A stretch of 64,000 bases of DNA from Phoronis australis. Taxonomy: Eukaryota > Animalia > Phoronida. The stretch spans positions 488,460 through 552,459 of the forward strand of contig NMRA01000167.1 of the NCBI GenBank assembly GCA_002633005.1. Direction: 5' to 3'. Shown one piece after another: positions 1 to 15,200 of this stretch. Numbering within the stretch: position 1 is the first letter of the stretch; the number at the start of each line of letters is the position of its first letter. The notes beneath the pieces were generated by a model that was not told the DNA's origin, did no database searches, and worked only from the letters and a program-made list of their open reading frames with translations. The translations under genes and the position numbers were made by a program.

Positions 1-13
1 TCCACAATTACAG

Positions 14-227
14 AGTGAAGACAGCTGCAACAGTATAGAATGTGTCCAAGTGATTAACAAGTCTCTCTCTGTGAGTTACCATAGAGACTCTAGCTACTGT
101 GGAAACACTGTGGAAGGTGCTCCCATCTGTGGAGAGGAAGTGGAAGCTGAGCAAGGACAGCTGAAGGACCAGGCTGGAGGTGACTGTGTCACTATGGAAA
201 CAACTGAAGACGGAAAAGGTCACTTGG
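14..227 (+). CDS. CCPG1-like internal exon A (SEDSCNSIECVQV...GKGHL)
   Basis: Acceptor ttacag| at 13, donor |gtgagt at 228, open frame, ends phase 1. Confidence 0.7.
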
Positions 228-3200
228 GTGAGTTTAACCGAATTTTTATTTAAACTGTGCTGTTTAGCAGGGTTCAATCTGAATTATGGAATTTTGACCT
301 GCAAATTTGTACCATATGAGTTCACTTAATAACTCAACTGGAAATTGATCATGGTTAACCTAGCTTTCAAGTAATTTTCGACCATCAAAATGAAGGGCTT
401 ATCAATTGTGCAAAACCTTTGAGATTTTAAATATTATGTTTCCGATACAGGATCTCTCTGTTACACCAAGTGTTCATTTAAGATTGCATTCACTTCGTTA
501 TGAGTCACTATGCCAAATTTCTAGATGATTGTGGAGAACCAAAATTGAGTTGAATTTAAGTCCAATATTTCTGCTTTGTATATAGTTCATGCTAAAAACC
601 ATGGAAAACACTGGGAAAATTCCGGGTCCACAGCAAAGGTTCCGTCAATCGAACATTAGGTAATACGAGAATGATTTTGGGTGATGCAGAAAAATCACGA
701 CTTAGCTAGCTATTGCATTGTAGTCAGTCGTTCACCTGAAAATTTAGTGCGGATTTAACTGTAATCAAGCTTTTTCGTAACCCAACATACTTAGATTTTT
801 TGTGTGTCCAGCCGACGTATTTTTGACATTTAGAAAAACCATTGTCATTCCCACCATGCAATCAATCAATCCCAAAATCACCCATTGAACAACGATAGAT
901 TTTTGCATTTATTTCTCAGTTGTCAAAAAAGCATATTAAAATTATGAATTTTACAAGTCTAAATTGCAGCACTTCGCATGGGGAGACTATTGGCTATGGT
1001 CCCAGTTCTCGGAATTTTGTGTTTTTTGCTCTTAACTTGATTGGTTCTTCATCGGTTGACGTTGGCAGTTTTGTCTTGACCTCCATCACCACTGTCTTCT
1101 TCTTGACCTTGAATTGAAGCCTGATCTTTTTTACAGGGAGTGCTAAATTTTGTGAGCCAGATGGCCATCTGCTTGTTGACAACTTGTCTAGCAGTCCATC
1201 CAAACACGTCAGTGCCGAGTCAGAGGGCGCTACTTGTGCTGAAGTCATTGGCCATTCGCAGGATGACCCCTCGCCAGGCGCTGTTGTCTCCCATGATGGC
1301 CAGTCTAGTCAAGTTAGCGTGGAGTCAAGGGGTGTCGCTTGTCTTGAGACGAGCAGCCAATCACAACCTGCCAGCATGTTTTCCCGTCTTGGCCAGGGCC
1401 ATCAAGACAGCATAGAATCTGACGACAGTGACAGGTAAGACCCTTTGCATTGCTTCTAATCCAGGGTCTGAAATCTGACCTCAAACTCATAATTTACTAT
1501 TTATTTTTATTTTTTGTTCCACTTAATTAACATGAACTCGAGAAAAGTGTGTTTGATAATACACTACGGTAAGGGTAGAGATGAAGTACTCATTTATTCG
1601 TAATTGGTGAACTTAACTCTGAAGCAACAACGTTGACCTTGAATTCAAGGTCACAAACATGGGTTATATTCTCATCTGCATATTGTAAGCAAGAATCTGC
1701 ATGATCACAGAAGCAAAGACACTTAATTTCTGTCAAGAGGGATAGAAAGCATACAAAAGTTGGGAGTTTGAGTAAATGGATTCCATACATAGAATTTTTT
1801 CCAATTTGACTTTTTCCATACAGTTAGTCTCAAAATAAACTAGACAGTGTTGTAATTTGACAGTTTTTACCCACAAAACAGCAACTAGATATCGTTGATG
1901 TTGTATTAATTGCTGACTGAAATTTAAGGAAAGTACTATTTTGTTGTGACAAGATTTCATTTGATTTTACTGACCAATAATTCTGGTCGGATGTCCCTTC
2001 TAATTTGACTGAAGGATATGGTTCTGCCCAAGTCTGTCTACTAGTACTTTATTTTGAAAACTACACTGTATTTAACCTCCACAAAGAATGTATGAAGTGT
2101 TATGTGTCATGTGTTATGCTCACTGGAAAATTATTGACAGCTGGCTACAGAGTATGGGTTTCTAGTAATTACCAAAGGTGGCGCTCTTCAACTGTTCTCT
2201 TGAGTGAAAAGTGTTATCTGGTTTTTCAGTTTCTAAACACGGAACCTTTGATAAGTCTTGGTTCAACTGACACTTTTTGAATTCTGACATCTGGCTATCA
2301 GTAGTGAGTTGACACGTGTCAGTTGAGGGCTTTGAAGTGATGCAAATATGTCTAATTAAGTGTTATGCACTGATCGTTAAGTTGGCCTCCATGTCAGCTT
2401 TTGTAGTGCTGGCGATATTGTAGCTACGAGAGTCTTGTTGTGCTGTAGGAACGTGTTTGCAACCCTCCTGCGAAAGATTGTTTGCAATTGCGAGTTGAGT
2501 CACAAGAAGTCCCCCAAAGCATTATGTCATGCTCATTTTACAAACTTAAACCAGAAGACGAAGTTCACTGCTATACATCGTTGGTGTAATTAATGAACTC
2601 CATTTTGTCCACAATTTTTCATGTTCAATTAGGAGTGCTAACTTACCTCACAGAAAACAAAAACAAATGGTTCTACCCCTGACCATGAATCAATTATTGC
2701 TTTTCAAAATGGCTCTGCCTGGGGTTTAGGCCAGCTACTCTCAGTCTTTCAGGTTGCATTGTGGATAATGTCTTTGAAGTTCTCACTCTGTTGTCATTTA
2801 TCATCCACATTTCTTTAGCATATGTCTAAGTAATTTTTGCAGCAGTTAAACATATATAGCGGCTAATGGATATTGATTTTCTGTAGCACCTAATTCTCTC
2901 AACTGAAGTGAACCTTGTGTCTTGGCTGGCAGCGAGTTGTTTAAATGGGGCTGGTCCTTATAATAAAGTTTAGTAGTATACAACTTTTTTTATACTTTAA
3001 AACTGACCTGGTGTTTATTGTCACTTTTTTAGTTTTCACTGTAAACAATGGTGTGGTAGGATTTTGAATGTCATAACACCATGACAATTCATTTTAAGCC
3101 TTGGAAACTGCCTGAAGTGTTTTCTGGAAAAATTGTTCAGTTACTAAACAACAGCTGTCAGTTGATCTGCCAGTGAAGCACCTTGCAATTTTATCTAAAT

Positions 3201-6200
3201 GTTTTGTTGATGCCAAGTCATGTGACCTCAGAGAAATAGGTCAAGTTCATTCAGCAGAAGGGACAGACAACATGTGTGTCAGTTGTAGTGGGAATTGAGT
3301 GAAGGAATCATCTTACTGCTATGGTCATGTTTACAATTGGTTCTTTCTCTGGGAACAGCAATGGAGCTTGACTCAGATGGCGATCAGTTTGTATTGTGAG
3401 TCATTGCAGAGTTTTACTATTCTTGCCACAATGGTGATATTGTACAAGAGTGCCTCTGTCATACTGTTGTCCTTGAGTTCATAACATGAACTGTTCATAT
3501 AAACAACATAAATGATTCATATGCTTGACTTGATAATGTGAAAAACCATTGCTGATGCCTTTAGCCAGACTTGATTCGCTGTTGGTACTGACTTTGAAAT
3601 GCCCATGAGAACCATTTGGTCATAAAAATATGGGTGTTCAAGGATGAGTTCTGTCATTGGTACTGTAATTCCTCGAACTATTTAGCAACATGTTGGGCTG
3701 TCAATTCCACATGGCCACACTATCAACTGCTGTCCAGTTGTGGAGACATTTTCCTTGTAACTTTTTACAAAGCAGAGTAATCAGGCGCACGTTCCACAAA
3801 GGTGAGAATCTCGCGAAAACGCAAAAGGAAGCAAGACTTTTCGAGATACTGCCATGGCGCCATGAAAAAGAAGCGTGATCACACGTGAGATTTAGTACGG
3901 AACTCGACCCAGTCCAATTCTTAAGGTGGCTGACTAATTAATGTCATACTCACTTGGCAGACGTGCGCATATTTGCCAACTGCTCCGCTTTTGATGAGTT
4001 CTTTCCGCTTTTTTGACGCTCCGTCCCACGTCTCGCAACAGCATCTCCTACATTTTGTTATACGATGTGACGATTTTTTAAAAATGATGTCATGCTTCCC
4101 CACACTACTTTCCAGACTATTCCCTTGTTACAATTTCACAGGTGTTGATGAAACCTGGCCTGTCATTTCGAGGGCTGTTTTGAACAATTTTACCCCTGAC
4201 CTTGTGACATCTTCGATCCAGGTGGCCCACTTTTTCTTTTCGTAGCGTTGTCGACCTCACTATGAATGTGGTGCAAATGAACTCGCTACTAAAATCTGTT
4301 TCAGCAAAGCATGACTTAAAAGTTGCTTTATTCCTACCATTCCGAGAAATGGTTGTGGTACTCTGCCCTAGGAAAGGTTAGTTTTAGGATGGTGACCATG
4401 GTTACCAAATATGACACTATCCAGTTTGATTTTTGTTCTTACTTACACTGTATCAATCTTGAGAATGAAAAGAGGATTTTCGATTTGATTAATCAGTGTC
4501 TCAAATTTCGGAGGCTGTTCAACATGGGAGAATCTTACTTTAATTGTTGGTTTGAAGTTTGAACTGTCAACATTTTCTACCTTCTTTGCTGTTAATTGAC
4601 CTGTCAAGCCCTGTCCCCTTGTGAAAAGTCACATGACACCCGACAATCAAACAATAAATTTTTCCCGACAATGTGTTTTTTTGTCGGGTAAAATGGCTTG
4701 GAAACGAAGGTGTGTCAAGAATGCTGCATTCTGATGTCACTTTAAAGCCGTCACTCAAAATCCTGGCTATAGGTCAATTGTTGATTTCTTGTTAATCTAC
4801 ACAAGGAATGATTCAGACGTGGACCATGTGTGAATACATCTAAGTCATGTTTTGAAAATGTCAAATTTTTGAGATATATATTAAGACCTACACACTATTT
4901 GTTTCTCATTGTTACTTGAGGATCGTCCTGTTCTGTCACGTCAGATGAGCGACGTGTTAACGAAATTTGCAATTGTCAGGCATTTTTAGGAACGTCTCTT
5001 TCGTATGTGTCCTTGTCTGGCAAGTCAGCTCTAAAATTAGTGAACACACTGAACACGTTCTGATTGTTTCAGCATTTGGTACATGGGTAAGGAAAAGTGT
5101 TGTTATCGAATTGGCAGTATAGGCCCCATTCTACTGATTTTCTAACACTGGTTCCCAACATCACACTGATTGTACTGTTCTGTAAACAAGCGCTTTTCCT
5201 TGCACTGAGTGATGAGTCCAAAGTATGTGTGACTCTTTTCCTGGTGTTGGCTGTTTGTTTTTCAGGTCAGTCTGTTTTTCACTGCAAAAGGGTTTGAAGC
5301 AATGCATTTTATGTGTTTAGCATTTCTTGGCTAGTGGCTTGTCATGTGGAGTCCTGACACTTGATGTTCAGAAGAGAGAAACGAAAAACAAAGAAGAGAT
5401 GATATCTTCTTTCACAATGTAATGTACAATGCTCACCAGCCTAATGTCTCATTCCCTATTGATGCCTATGCTTTCTATGTTTTGGTAACAGTCTGTGAGA
5501 ATGCTTCAATTTTGTCTCAGATCAAAATCACTATTATGAGATAAAACGGACCATGAATTCTACAACAAAGCATTGACATGTTACTTCTGTGGGAACCCAT
5601 TATATCAGTGGGATACCAGCAGATGTTGATGCCTGTGTGCTGTTAATAATCGGAGATTATGTTGTTTAAATATTCATAAGCATTATTCGTTTTTGTTGCT
5701 ATCAGAATATGGCAATGTCTCACCAATTTCTCGTAAAAATGTTTGCCATAATTATGTGGTCTTTTTCATTTTGCATCCTCATATTGGTATGTGAGCATGT
5801 TGCCATCATCTCTGTCTGTCTGGGCATCCAACCTCCAACGTCCGCTGCTGTGTTTCGTGGCAGATGTGTTCCTATGAAGATGACGACAGGTAACAAAAAA
5901 TTTCGGACAGATCCAACTACCAGTGTGGCTCTATTGACAATTTTGTTTTTTTACGTTTGTGACCTTTGTTAGTCTGTATCTTCAAAGGTCCTCGACGGGT
6001 TTTCATGAAATTTGACACATCGGCATATATTAATGAGATGACACGATCCTCCTGTTTTTGAATGGATTTGAGGTATTATGTGCCACCTAGTGGCCATTTT
6101 TGGTGTTGTCGAGTTTTTGGCGTCTATCAACCAAACCACTTTTAAGGATCACTTTGAAAATTGGCTGTTCTTAGTGTGAAGAGGACAGTTGATGAGGATT

Positions 6201-9200
6201 TTCGACGACTTTCTATTGTGACGCCTCCTAGTGACAGTTTTTTTGCACCCATAGTTCCTATCCGATGAATACTGTGCCCCCTAGTGGCAGTTTCATTTTT
6301 TCTGTTTTTGTATCTCTGAAGTTCCTTGACGGATGTTTTTCTAATAAGGAAAATGTGTTCCCCTGTTTGGATGGTTCCGACCTATACTGCGCCATCTAGT
6401 GGACATTTTTATGATACAAATAAAACTACCGACATAGATGTTTAAACTACTTGAAAAATTAAATTAAAGATTCGTTGTGTCAACTATATTTTGGCCTAAG
6501 TTGGTGAGGTTTTCCGATATGTGCTTGATTTAATTAGAACTTACCTGTACTTAAAAACTCGAACTTTAAAATCGCTTTGCCGCCCTACATTTAAAATGCT
6601 AGCTGATCATTTCAACACTATGGCAACAATTTCAATATTTGATAAGTAGTGAAGATTTTAAAAAATCATCTTCGCTGTTTATGTCTACACACCCCAAATG
6701 GCGGATTTAACTCAGTGTGAAACTGGGCTTCAAGATCAAGTGAAGTGAGACAGTTTTATCAAAAAGAATTATATCAAAAAATTTCTATGTTACCTGGTAT
6801 TGCAAAATAACAGAGTTTTACTGTACAGTTATTGTAACACATTCACAAAATATTACATTGAGGGCTGTGTTGTGTCGTCTATGAAATTGAATCTCATCCC
6901 AGTGCCAGTGTTTTGCTACTCTGTCTACAATCTGAAGGTGGAAGCCATTTTGCAGGAATTGACGGGCATAATTGGACTGACCTAATTAAATGATTGGAAA
7001 GATATTTTATCTCTAAGAAGTCTTACACAGCATTAATTGGCTCAGGCAAGCCCCCACTTAATTTGAGACATGTGCTGGCAGCTGCAATCCTAATGCGAAA
7101 AAGATATAAAATCTTGACCCACTTTATCTGGCGACAGGTGACACTAGGAAAAAAGAGGATCCAGACCCATTGCAACTGCCACCCGATGACATTCACTTTT
7201 AAGATATTGGCAATTAAAACATACCACCATTGACATAGCGTTTACTTTTCAGTGAAAACATTGACCAGTTCCTCAGTGATGTGGTATTGTGTCCATTCCA
7301 TTGTTGACCAGTTCCACAGTGATGTGGTATTGTGTCCATTCCATTGTTGACCAGTTCCTCAGTGATGTGGTATTGTGTCCATTCCATTGTTGACCAGTGC
7401 CTCAGTGATGTGGTATTGTGTCCATTCCATTGTTGACCAGTGCCTCAGTGATGTGGTATTGTGTCCATTCCATTGTTGACCAGTGCCTCAGTGATGTGGT
7501 ATTGTGTCCATTCCATTGTTGACCAATGACCAGTGCCTCTGATGGCATGTAACTATCAGAGGATAAATTTGGAAGTTTTATGCACTCCAACCCTCACAAC
7601 AAATTACGCTCATTTCTTTTGGCGTTATGAAAGTGAAATTGAAAACCGATTTGTCTGCTGACTTCATAAAACGGATGGGTCTGTCAACGAAAGAGAAATT
7701 GTTCACGATTTACATTACAGTGCTCAGATAGGAACTCAGATTGTGTGGCAACCTGGGAAAAATCCCAACTCGACAGTGGGCTGCGAGTATCAAAGTCGGA
7801 CATCATTTCCCTCTAAATTCATTTCGAAGTTCGTGTTCATTTCCAAACTTAAAATTACTAACAGTGTTCCTAGATTTATTGCCTTTGATTCACAAATGTT
7901 GCTTTTAATTTTGTGAATTGAACGCACTTGTCACCACACTGAAATTGCAACAGGAAGTAAACAGATATCAGAATTGTTCGACAAAAATGGTGCAAGATTG
8001 GTGAAATTCGTACCATGAGACCATGTGGTCATCCGCGTCCTATGCTTGTCAGCCATTGGTGGGACGAAATCAACAGGTTAGAGACTGAATGTACGTACAC
8101 CGGGGGGTGAAAATAGAAATACGCAAGGGATTTTGGCCAGGTCGTCAAATATGACTTGGCGATTACTGAAACGTCGAGCACTCTATTATTATGTAAAAAG
8201 TGTGCTTTGATTTTTTTCAAAATTCTAGAAAACCTTCAATTTTGCATGGTGTACTTTGAGGCTCATTTCTCAGCCTGAGTCTTGTTGAACATTAGGATTT
8301 GATATTTAATTGCCATGGTCACCGGCATGTAAGAGTTAGGTAGATTGATCTGCCAAGGCAATTTACACCTTGGCATTCTTCTTAAAGTTGTTGATTCCTT
8401 CAACATCTGACTCATGTGATGTGAAATACCTGACATTTTAGTCTAGTTCAAGAAAGTTGAGTGTGTACGTGCATGTGCTCATGTAATACCTGTCTGATGA
8501 AATTTGCATTTTTCAAAACATGAGTTATTGTTACATAATTTGCACAGATTATGGAGTATGTTATAAATAGGGTATCATGAAGTCAATATTGACCACTGCT
8601 ATAGTAATACCGCTTCAAATTTTATTTCACAATTTGTTCTTCAAGTTGCAATTATTGCATCGAGACTCAAACCTTGTCTCTCAAATATACCGCTGTGCCA
8701 CCAGAATGGCTCCAGAGTCACATTACTTTAAGCCTTTTTGTGTCATTGAGATTTTACTGTCACATTTGTTTTTAAAAAAACATAAAATATAAGGCACTGG
8801 TTGAATGCGAACTGTCATCAAGACGTCACACTTTCATCCCTCATACTACTTCACAAAAGATGTTTTCAAGGGCTAAATGTTAAATGCCTTTCAGTACACG
8901 TCATTCGTGTGGACATAGCATGTGGAGACTTACGCGCATGTGCCCGCTGTGCATGCTGCTCACACACAGGTAATGATTGCATTGGCATAGCCATTGCTAT
9001 TGGTTGTTCCTTGTCTATTCTGAATATTTCCTGGATTTTTTGTTCAAAATCTATACATTGTGTGTAAAATGCTGAGTGACAAAAAATGATATGGTCGGAC
9101 GCCTAAACATACCCTCCTTCCGTGTATTAATATTATCATGTAATAAAACAATTATTGACTTTACACCCCGTCGATATTTTGGTTTTGAGATTGGAAAAAT

Positions 9201-12200
9201 GTGATTGTCGCATCTTTGGGGTCTCAAAACCACCATATTGACCTCGGTGAAAATTAGTATTCTGCTATAATCATTGCCGTACAGTGATAGGAAAGGGATT
9301 TACCAATCAGAAATAACCATGAGCATGTCTTGGCTTTAAATATAGCCATGGACAAAAAGAACTCCAAGTTATTGTCTACAAAAATTGGTTTAACTGTGAA
9401 AAATGAGTTTCCGTAGCTATTCATTCACAGTTAATCAGTCACCTGCCAGAAGGGATTTTTGAACTTGTTTTCTGTTCTAGGTTAAGTGCCGTTTTAAATT
9501 TTTCCTGCCTTGACCTTTAAATGCACAGGTGATGTCAGTTGAAGTCCAGATAATTAGTCTGACAGCTTGACTGTGTGCATAGTTGATCTGTGTCATTTAG
9601 TGTATCAAAGCAGAATCACCATTACTTGGTGGTGAAAAACAGCTCAGATGTAGGAATCATATGTACGGCACGTCACTACTAATGCGTCACAGATAGTTCG
9701 GAAAACAGTCTACTGCCTTATAACGAATTTTTGCATTCTTCATATTTCTCAAATATCTGTCGCTATGCTTTGTATCAAAAGAGTCTGAAATGTTTTCGGG
9801 CATCTCCATAGTTTGTATCTTGACGTGAATGATCGTTTTCCGTTGAGATTGGGATGGCCAATATTGTCGATTTTCAAACTTTGGTACAACCTCTTATCTC
9901 GGGGAAAATGACTTCTTTCTCACTGTCCGAGAACTGAAGATTTTTTTCTGTAGTTTTTTTGCCCGTTGTCACTATGATGCCAGTAAAGTTTTTTGTTGAG
10001 TAATGAGTTGCAAAGAATAGGTCAAAAATTTTCAAAAGCAGCGGGTGATGTCCGTCAAATCATTCTTTTCTTTGATTGGGTACCTCATGGAAGTGTGTTA
10101 TCCAATCCACTGCTTTGGAAACTTGAATTAAGGATGTAGGAGTGACCAGAGTTACATTTCCATGTTGATCTTTGATAGTCGTATTCAATTTTTTGCAAGA
10201 AAATAATTGTCAAAATTGCAGTTTTCCATTCTAAAAAGTTAATTACATTGATAGAATATGCCATAATTTTCCAAAGTTTTCAAAACTAGCTGCAAACAAC
10301 TCATGCATCTGACACAGTTTTCCCCAGTGATTATTTTTCTAGCGTTGAGAAATTTGACAAAAGGAATTCCACATGTCTTGAAAAAATATTTACTGTGGAG
10401 TTCAGCTTGACATTGGTTTGTTTTGTAGATTGCACTGAAACAACTTAACTGTGAATTCTACATGTCCAGCTTTTGTACAAATTAGATCCGTTTCCCTTGA
10501 GTTAGATTTTCTTTTTAATCAAGGACGCAATTGATCTCCCTTAGTATCCCATGGGCGAAATGTTATGCATTTCCTGGAATTGTAATGATTGAAAAGTGCA
10601 GCGTCTCTGGTATGGAATGCCACAGAATACAACGGACTATACTTACATATAATGAGGCCATGTCACTTTTTACTTGTTTTGGTTATCTTCCACTGTTCTG
10701 TGTAAGTGATAACTATTATTATTAGGGTATCAACTGAAGGTAAACATGAGGTAAAATCTCACCAATTCAGTGTGGCAGACAAGTATAATTCTATTTTCTC
10801 TCGCATTTTATTGTTTAGCATACTAAAAGGTAAACTTGTTTTTGACCCCAGAACTTGGTCTGCAGAGATTTCCATATTTTGCAGAAATGATACAATCAAG
10901 TGAATATGCATTCATTTTGGTGCAATATGTTTTTCAAACTAAAACACGCCATGCTCAAGTTTTGTACCATGGCTTCAACCAGAAAATATTTTGAAAAAAT
11001 TTCGGCACTCACAACTGTTGTTAGAAGACGTTGAAAAATGAGGACAGGGTATTTTTTGCAATTTGTTGTCTGAAACTGTTGAGATTTTATTGTATGCTTT
11101 AAAGGGCCATTCTTTGCGAGTAAGTAATTTTACAGAAATTAACAGCGCGGAACTCAAAAGTTAAACCCACAAACTTGGCAGTAGTGACCAAACTGTCAAC
11201 TTATGAGCCAAATCTCACGTGCTTAATAGCAGATTTTTTTTAGCATATAATATTATTTACACGATAAGGACACCAGCCTTGTGGATCTCAACGAATTTCT
11301 TGCAGACAGCGGCAAGAATTGGCGATTTGAAATGAAATTTCAAGAATTTTGTTATGTTACACCTCTGGTCAAAGCTAATAACTTAAGAAGCCTATCCCAA
11401 CCAACAATACCCACAAAAACGATAAGGTTCCTTTAACCATTACATAAAAGTGACAAACTTGGAAATAACACAGAACAGCACATGTTAAAGAAGTTCAAAG
11501 TGGCAAATGATGTCGTCTCTTTAAGGAAATATTTTGTTTCCTGTGGATTTTAAATAACACAATAGTCCCAAATGTAAGGTCTTGGAGAAATTTTGAATCC
11601 AGGATTTTATGGCTGGAGTCTCTAAAACTTGCTACGAGATATGTTGCAAAAGCTAAATAGAACATTCGACATATTGTTGCAGGGATGAATTCTTGCTTGG
11701 CTCTTTTTGGATCTGTTGCTCAGTATTTGGGCAACAGAAATGCCATCCTTAAATATGTAAGGTCGCTGAATCACCTTGATTTGAAAATCATAATCTGATC
11801 TTTGTAATGTAAATTACACCCTGGTTGTGCTGAATTGATTTATAATCGGTTCGGAGTTGATTGAAAATCTGTTTGGGTTCAAATCTATTTAGGAAGCGTA
11901 CTGCAACTGGAACCTACTTATGGAGGCGTATTAAAATTGACTAATAACCGACTGCTATCTTGTGAAGTGTGAATGCACAATTGAATCGATTTGGCTTGAG
12001 ATGAGAAGTGAAGTATACCTGCACATTTAGATCCTGTGTTGACTTCGTCTTAGATTGTCGCAGAACTAGCCCTCTTATCTGTCACTTTGCTGTCATCATG
12101 CGATTCCCAAAAGAACTAAAAATGAAGTGAATGCTAGCAAAACAATCCGATTTTCTGCCAGTTATGAAAGGAACCTCTTGATTTTGAGATGAGAGGTGCA

Positions 12201-15200
12201 CAATGTAAGGGATTCTTCTAGCAGAGAGCATGGCATCTAAACGTAATTGTTTTTTTAAGGACGGGAAGGAGAAGCATCTATAGCTATTTGGAGATGAATC
12301 CATTCAAAATAAACATATTCCAACTTAGCGTTGTAATATTTTGCTCAGTAATATCTGGGTCAAGTCAAAAGTGTAAACTTTTGTGTAAGTCAACTATGCC
12401 TCAGCGATTTTGGTATCGGAAACAAAAAATGCAGAGGAATCTACTTTGCACAATAAACAAAAAATGCATAATGAATATCCCTCAACTCTAATTTGTAGTC
12501 TAGAGTTGTAATCATTCTGGCTTAATATTTTTGAGTCTTTACTGACTCAGGTCAACCTAGCATTAAGTTGGGTGCATTAATGTTTTCTTTTTCTACTAAC
12601 AGATGTTGCATCTCATTTTATTTTCTTTTCCAGGTTCAGTGCAGATTTCCTGGGCCGCAGTGGACTAGAGCTGCGTCGGCAGGCGTCCTCTAGTGACTCT
12701 GGTGAGATTGCTATTGATTGTTGAGCTATCCATCATGAATGCTTGGTTAAATCACAATTCCGTGGGCTGCAAAGGGACATGCTGATGACCATGCGGCCTC
12801 AGCCGCCCCAGCAGCCCATTCTAGCATCTCGGGAGAAGGAAAAATGTGGATGAGCATTTTTCAACAGTAGTTTCTGACAGATCTGTATGAAAAACCTATC
12901 CTGTAGATGAGTTATTATGTGTGGCCTTAATTCTGTAACAGAATTGACCACCTGTGCTAGTTGTATACATCCAGAAAGCCTGTTTTTTGTCGTAAAGTAA
13001 CCAAGTGTAAAATTTATTTGTTGTTTTGTGCATTGTTACTGAATTTTAGATTTTGGACAATTTAAACTTTTGTATCAACTTAGCGTAATTGATTGTTTTA
13101 ACTCTTACATTTTATGAAAAATGGAAATTTTGCAAAATGTAATTTTTATATTATCTGTGAAAATCCTATGCCAGAATGCTCAGCAGACTTGAATAGCCTG
13201 TAAGGTTAAACCACCTGCCAGCCAATTATCTCACCAGGCACATCATCTTTGTCAAAAATGGGCCAGGTAGCCATATTAGTTAATTGTACTCAAGTATACA
13301 CTGGAGATTTGAGAACAAACTTTGAAATTGCGGTTGTGTACAGACAGATAGCTATATTAGTGTAGAATTTACTATCTAGCGTATTTTTATCATTTATTCT
13401 GCTATGTACAGTAAAATTGGACCATTACCTTAGTAACACACATTAAGATTTTCAAGGAAAGTTGACCAAAAGTAGCATGCACTGACTGTGAAACTTCAAC
13501 TGTTTCAATCTCGGTTCATAAATTGGCGATGGTGGCAGCATCCTTTAACTTTATTTCTCAGCCATCTATTGGTCAATTTTTACAAATTTTAAATCGCATA
13601 GTTTACAACATTAGTATTATGTAGGTCGTATCTGTGCCAGAGTTTTTATTTAGGTATTAAATCATTACTTTTATGTCTGTGAACAAGGTGAAATTGTGTC
13701 TAAACTGTGTATATTAAAAATCTGCCAGCCGGATTCTCTGTCTTTGGAAAAAAAAATATTCATGTGTTCTATTTTTCAAAACTACTCATCGCTCATATTT
13801 TGCTGTTAGATTCATGTGGGACCCTAGAAAAAATTGGTGAACTTCGGACCGTCATATCTCAGAAATGGCCAATAGGATTCAAATAACATTTTCATGTCCA
13901 TTGCTTAGAATGCACTGTGCTCCGTAACGATGTTAAGTATTGTTTTTAAAATGATCCACTTTTGCAAGATGGGCTATTAAAAAGGAATTTTGATAATTAT
14001 TTATAAAGCTTTCTTGATGCAACCCAAATTTCGTTAACACGTTGGTCATTTGTTGTTTACCCGATTGCAGACTCTGACTTTGTGCGTATTGAGCCTGGCC
14101 ATCTATCGCACCATGACCCGGTGGACATGCAAAGTTCTGGTTCCAGCTCTGTCAGCCAGCAGTTCCAGTTCATTGGCAGAGAGGAAGGTGAGGATGTGTT
14201 TATTTGTGTAGTGCATTTGTCCTCTGGTTTTCCAGTGAGAACTGTTTACTTGATAACTGAACATGACACCTAAACCTGGGCTAACATTACAAAAATTTCC
14301 ATTTAGTTTCAACTCCAGACAGAGAGCAGTGTGTTGATACCAATCTGATTTATAGCCGTCCAGCATTACATTGGCGCTGATACACAGGCTAATTATCCTA
14401 CAGGATTCAAATGTCCTGCTCGCAGCAATTAAACCATGTTCTATCTTTGCCACTTTTGCAACCCATAATTAATTGCTGTGGTTTGCATCAGTTGTTACAA
14501 CCATTACGGTTCCTGGTTTTAGGTGCTGCAGGTCAGTGCCGTTAAATACGTTTCATAAGCTTTAAGTCCACTTAGAATTATAGTTATTAGTAGTGGACTT
14601 AAGCAACTGTGTTGATCATTTATACCACTTATAACTTCTCTACACTCTGTTTGTTACACCCCCCTCACTACTCTACAATTACAACTTTTATAACCAGTTC
14701 AAACCTGGAGTTAAACCTTTATTTGAATTTCTGTGTAACTTAGTTAATGATTTGTTTGAACAGGACAATAGAGTTGCTATTGAAGTCATTGCTGATGTGG
14801 TAATTGCCCTGCTTGACACTGAAGGAGCATAGGTCAATATTCTTGGCAATGCCATGGGTTGATTCTGATATTTCTTGTACATTATATTAGAAACTTTTCA
14901 CTTTTACCAAGTTAAGACAATTTCATAAGGTCATGCATAACCATAGGCTTACATGAAGTTCTATCAAAGTGTTGCAATGCCACAGTGTGTTCCAAGTGTA
15001 ACTGAGCCTGCTTGACTTGTTTATCATTCCTGGCTGATCTCACTATGTGTTGGGGGATGTGCAGGTGCACTAACTCACTTTTTGAAGGGTGGGGGATCAC
15101 TCTATTTCTTTGGAGGAAGTGTGCAGCTGGAAATGTCATGGTTATGAACGGAAGATGTACATGCTTGAGTTTGTTATTGGGAGCTTCTGTAGTGAAAAAT

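Noticed and set aside
7261-7540. CRISPR-like array, or ORF 7402-7590
   Set aside because: Head-to-tail units with no unique spacers, in a eukaryotic intron. The ORF is a by-product of the repeat.
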